From Octopus sinensis (taxonomy: Eukaryota): 64,000 nt of DNA. Both the position numbers and the translations under genes were made by a program. The DNA lies in contig NC_043009.1 in assembly GCF_006345805.1 (NCBI RefSeq), positions 19,530,001-19,594,000 of the forward strand. Reading direction: 5' to 3'. A model generated the notes under the pieces. The model had not been told where the DNA came from. It made no database searches and worked only from the letters and a program-made list of their open reading frames with translations. This document shows positions 59,903 to 64,000 of the stretch, in pieces. The stretch's first letter is position 1; each line of letters opens with the position of its first letter.

Positions 59903-60394
59903 ATCTTAGGTGTGTTCAGCATTGTAGCCACCTGCCTCTCATTAGCAGAATTGAGTTAATAAACCCCACATCAAATATTGTAGGAAACCCATTAGTTTGA
60001 AGGGAAATTGGAGAAAGTTCTTTGGTTGAATGAGAAATAATACATTTTGGACAGGCGGGGAGGAGGGAAAGAGAGAGAAAGGATGTAGAGAGAGGTTTTA
60101 ACAGCATGGCTAGAAAACCATGAACGAGAAATGGAAGTGGTATAGGGAGGATGAGGAGGTGTAAGTAGTGTGGGAGGGAGAGGTTGTCAAAGTAAAAAAA
60201 GAGGTCAGCTGACATTGGAGGGAGTGGGTGAGTTGAGAGATAAGAGCCACAGGTGGGAGGGAAGTAGAGAGACTAATGAAGGATTGGTCAGAAAGAAGAC
60301 AGACAGTGAAGAGGTGTAGGGGGAGAGGACAAGTAGAAATCAAAAAGATAATATAGTTATCTACTTGTTTGTTTTCTACCATAGCAGCAGCACA

Positions 60395-60426
<32 letters not shown>

Positions 60427-61879
60427 TCCTCTATACAGCAAATATATAAACCGGATACAGCGGATAAGTGGTATGAATCCATGGATGTCATCAACATTTT
60501 ATGCCTGCCTTTCATGCTGGCAGCAGTTGGGAGGTTGTTAATCTGAGACATGGATATTACTGCTACCGTCCACTGTGGGCATGGTTTCTGCAGCTGGCCA
60601 CCCTTCCTGATGCCAATCATTTTACTGAATGAACCAAGTGCAATTCATCAGGGTACTAAAAGAAGTGGCCTTGTCCCTAGTAATTTACCACTCTGGCCAC
60701 TTGGTTAACATTATTAGCCTTTCTTTACTTTTCTCAATACAATCATACTTTGTGATACACACGTGATTGATAAAACATTATTCTCTTGTCACACACAAAA
60801 ATGATTAATCATTCACCCACAGCAGTCATTGAATATATTGTTATGGTCAACTTTTAGTTACTCGCAAGAATTTCTAGACTTCACCAATTCAGTTCAGCCG
60901 AGTAAGACAATGTGATCAATAGTTTTAGGCATTTTTTTCTAAATATTCAACTTCAATATACCACTTCCATTTCTCATTCATGGTTTTCTAGCCATGCAGC
61001 CAATTTTTCATCTGATTCCAAGTCAAAGAGATTGAGAATAATTGTTACTTAGATTTCTCTAAATCCATGAATTTCACTGAAAACAAACCAAAAAAGGAAT
61101 GATAACATTCTTTATAGGCAAAAGACCTGGAATGCTTTGCGGGAGGAGAGGGAGGGTCAATTACACTGACTCCACTGTTTGGTATTTATTTTATTGACAC
61201 CAGAAGGATAAAAAGCAGAGTCAGCCTTGGTGGAATCTGAATTCAGAATATAAAGAGACCCAAAAATGCTAAATGTTTTGTCCAACAAACTAATGATTTT
61301 GTCAGCTTGTTGCCTTGATAATAATTACAACAATCCTTTCTACTATAGGCATAAAGCCTGAAATTTTGGGAGAGAGGGTTAAGTCGATCACAGCAACCCA
61401 AGTGCGTAACTGGTACTTATTTCATTGACACTAAATGAATGAAAGGCAAAGCTGACCTCAGCGGAATTTGAACTCAGAACATAAAGATGTATGAAATGCT
61501 GTTAAGCATTTTGCATGGCATGCTAACAACTCTGTAGCTTGCTGCCTTAATAATAATGATTTCACATTTTGGCACAATGCTAGCAATTTCGGGGGAGGAG
61601 TTAGGGTTAGTGGCACATAAAGAGCACCATTTAAGTGTGATCAATGCCTAACTAGTGCATAAAAAGCACCCACTACACTCTTGGAGTGGATGGTGTTAGG
61701 AGGGGCATCAAGCTGTAGAAACCTTGCCAAATCAGATTGGAGCCTGGTGCAGCCTTCTGACTTGCCAAACTGTCCAACCCATGCCAAAGTCAATTACATT
61801 GACCCCAGTGTGCAGCTGGTATTTATTTTATTGAACCTGAAAGGATGAAAGGCAAAGTTGACCTTGGTGGAATTTAAAC

Positions 61880-63190
61880 TATGCTGTTGCCCTTGCTCTA
61901 ATAGCTGAGACACTACCAGAACAAGAGAAGAAGTTTTAGGTGTGGGAGCAAGGGCTTCACAGTCAATCTAGCAAAAACCAAAGTCCTAGTAAGTAGGAAG
62001 GTAGACAAATCACAAAACCCTTCAGGTTGATGGCCCTGCTCAATCTGTAGAAAAGGCATAGGTAGAAACTCCATAAGATGTACCCAGTGTAAGCTATGGA
62101 CACATAGGAGGTACAGCAGTATCAAAGGAAGGTTAACTGGGAAGATAGCTTTTGTGTGTGGCAGATGCACAGGAGCAAGAGACACAGAAGATGTACAAAA
62201 AACAGATTCTATCACATGCCAGGGAGAAAAAACAAAAGAAATAGTCAATAGCTTCCATTTTCTAGGTGACCAAGTCAGGTGGATGCTTTGAGAGCATAAC
62301 AGTTAGAATAAGAATAGCCTAGGCAAAGCTCAGAGAGCTCCTACTTCTGCTGGTAACAAAGGGCCTCTTGCTCAGAGTGAAAGGTAGACTGTATGATGCA
62401 TATGTGCAAAAAGCCATGCTACACTGCAGTGAAACATGGGCTGTGACTGCTGAGGACATGCGTAGGCTTGAAAGAAATGAAGCTAGAATGATATGCTGGA
62501 TGTGTAATGCCAGTGTGCATACATGACAGAGTGTAAGCGCCCTGAGAGAAATGTTGGACATAAGAAGCATCAATGTGGTGTGCTGGTATAGTCATGTGAT
62601 GCATATGGATGAGGACAGCTGTGGAAGGGGTGGACCCGGGAAGACATGGGATGAAGTGGTGAAACACGACCTTTAAATGCTGGGCTTCACAGAAGCAATG
62701 AGAAGAGATCAAGACCTTTGGAGATACGCTGTACTTAAGACCCAGCAAGCCAAGGTAGATCATAGCCATGGCCAATGCTAGTGTTGTATAACTGCCCTGT
62801 TTAAAATTACTCCTTCAATTGTCGGGCAATATGCTGTGCTTGAGGAGAACTGTTGAGTTGAGTGAAATCGTAGTCATGGCACCCATGCTGGTGGAATGTA
62901 AATAGTACCATTCAAGCATGGCCGATGTCAGTGCTACCTGATTGGTTTCCGTGTTGGTGGCACGTAAAAAGCACCAATTGAGTGTGACCGATGCCAGTGC
63001 CACCTGACTAGCATGTAAAAAGTAGCCACTACACTCTTGGAGTGGTTGGTGTTAGGAAGGGCATCCAGCTGTGGAAACCATGCCAGGTCAGATTGGAGCC
63101 TGGTGCAGCTTTCTGGCTTGTCAGTCCTTAAGCCAAACTGTCTAACCCATGCCAGCATGGAAAGCAGACGTTAAATGAGGACGATGAATG
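61880..63190 (+). mobile_element. 5'-truncated RTE LINE, same family
   Basis: Starts at the mutated YADD codons; NLAKTKVL, GRWPCSIC, FLGDQV, YDAYVQKAMLHCSETW; family 3' UTR end. Confidence 0.88.
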
Positions 63191-63539
63191 TAAAGATGGA
63201 TGAAATGTCGCTAAGCATTTTGCCTGTCATGGTAACAATTCTGACCTCGTTGGAAGGAATACCTCTATGCCTTTTTCCCAGTGTGTAATGATTCTGCCAG
63301 CTCACTATCTTAATAATAATAATGATAATAATAATAATAATAATAAGAGCACTCAGAGGGTGCAAACCTCTGCCAAGGCAACACCAACGTCCTCTCAACG
63401 ATTAGCCAGAGATGATTTTTAAAATAAGAAAATCTGAAATAAACTCGACTGCTCTCAAAAGTTAAGTAAAAAAAAAAAAGAAGAAAAAACAGAAAAATAA
63501 TCCAGAATCCTTGTCTGGTACCTGATCGATCCCAATGGT

Positions 63540-63790
63540 AGTCATAGAATGTGAAGGTGGGCATGTGGGCCGTGTTTGTAAATCTGTGTGTGTGTTGTCT
63601 GCAGTGGGAACAGGGATATGTTTCTCTATGAAGGCCTTTTTTTAGTCTATCCACTGATATAGTGTCTTTATGACCATTAAGGTCTATAGAGAAAAGTGTA
63701 TCCATGTGTGAAAGAAAACGGAAAAGACCTGCATATGGTGCTGTTAATGGAGATTTAATAACATTGTTGCACACAAAAACGTGAGTCCAA
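63540..63790 (-). mobile_element. Ty3/Gypsy pol C-terminal remnant
   Basis: KSPLTAPYAGLFRFLSHMDTLFSIDLNGHKDTISVDRLKK matches the Gypsy integrase tail pattern (PLxxPYxGPFxV...F.IDxNG..DxVSxDRLK). Confidence 0.7.
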
Positions 63791-64000
63791 GAAGTAAAGC
63801 TTCCTTCAAAGTAGAGCTAGAAATGCAATTGTCAAGGAGGTAAGAGGTTTTAAACAGGAGCGATATATTCAAAATTGGTAAAACTAAGAAACCAGTAGAA
63901 TAAGTAGTAGGCTTACAAAGAATAGGTCCTGGGGTCGATTTGTTCGACTAAAGGCGGTGCTACAGCATGGTCGCAGTCAAATGACTGAATGCATGAATGT

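Overview
AT-rich, microsatellite-dense and transposon-rich animal genomic DNA. The repeat content looks cephalopod (Octopus-like), which is an inference from the repeat style and not a database result. Two spliced protein-coding genes can be rebuilt by hand on the minus strand, with all GT-AG junctions in frame. The first is a complete 6-exon PAP2-family phospholipid phosphatase (PLPP/wunen-like, 299 aa, CDS 23234->11205) with all three catalytic motifs. The second is TMEM33, exons 2-7 (46985->35100, 232 codons); I could not find exon 1. The rest is mobile DNA: a young, nearly intact CR1/L2-group LINE nested in a Tc1 transposon, several degraded RTE LINEs, hAT, mariner, DD37D maT, Helitron-like, Penelope-like and Gypsy remnants, and two or three tRNA-derived SINE families. 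The most interesting signals are (1) a C4HC3 PHD finger inserted inside the RT domain of the RTE family in three copies, (2) a SINE/CR1-LINE shared 3' end with compensatory stem changes, (3) a six-unit tandem amplification of an RTE 3' UTR built from hairpin modules, (4) a degenerate HDV-like ribozyme candidate, and (5) intronic palindromes and inverted SINEs that would form dsRNA. I found no clear new multi-gene system. Repeat boundaries are approximate unless stated otherwise.
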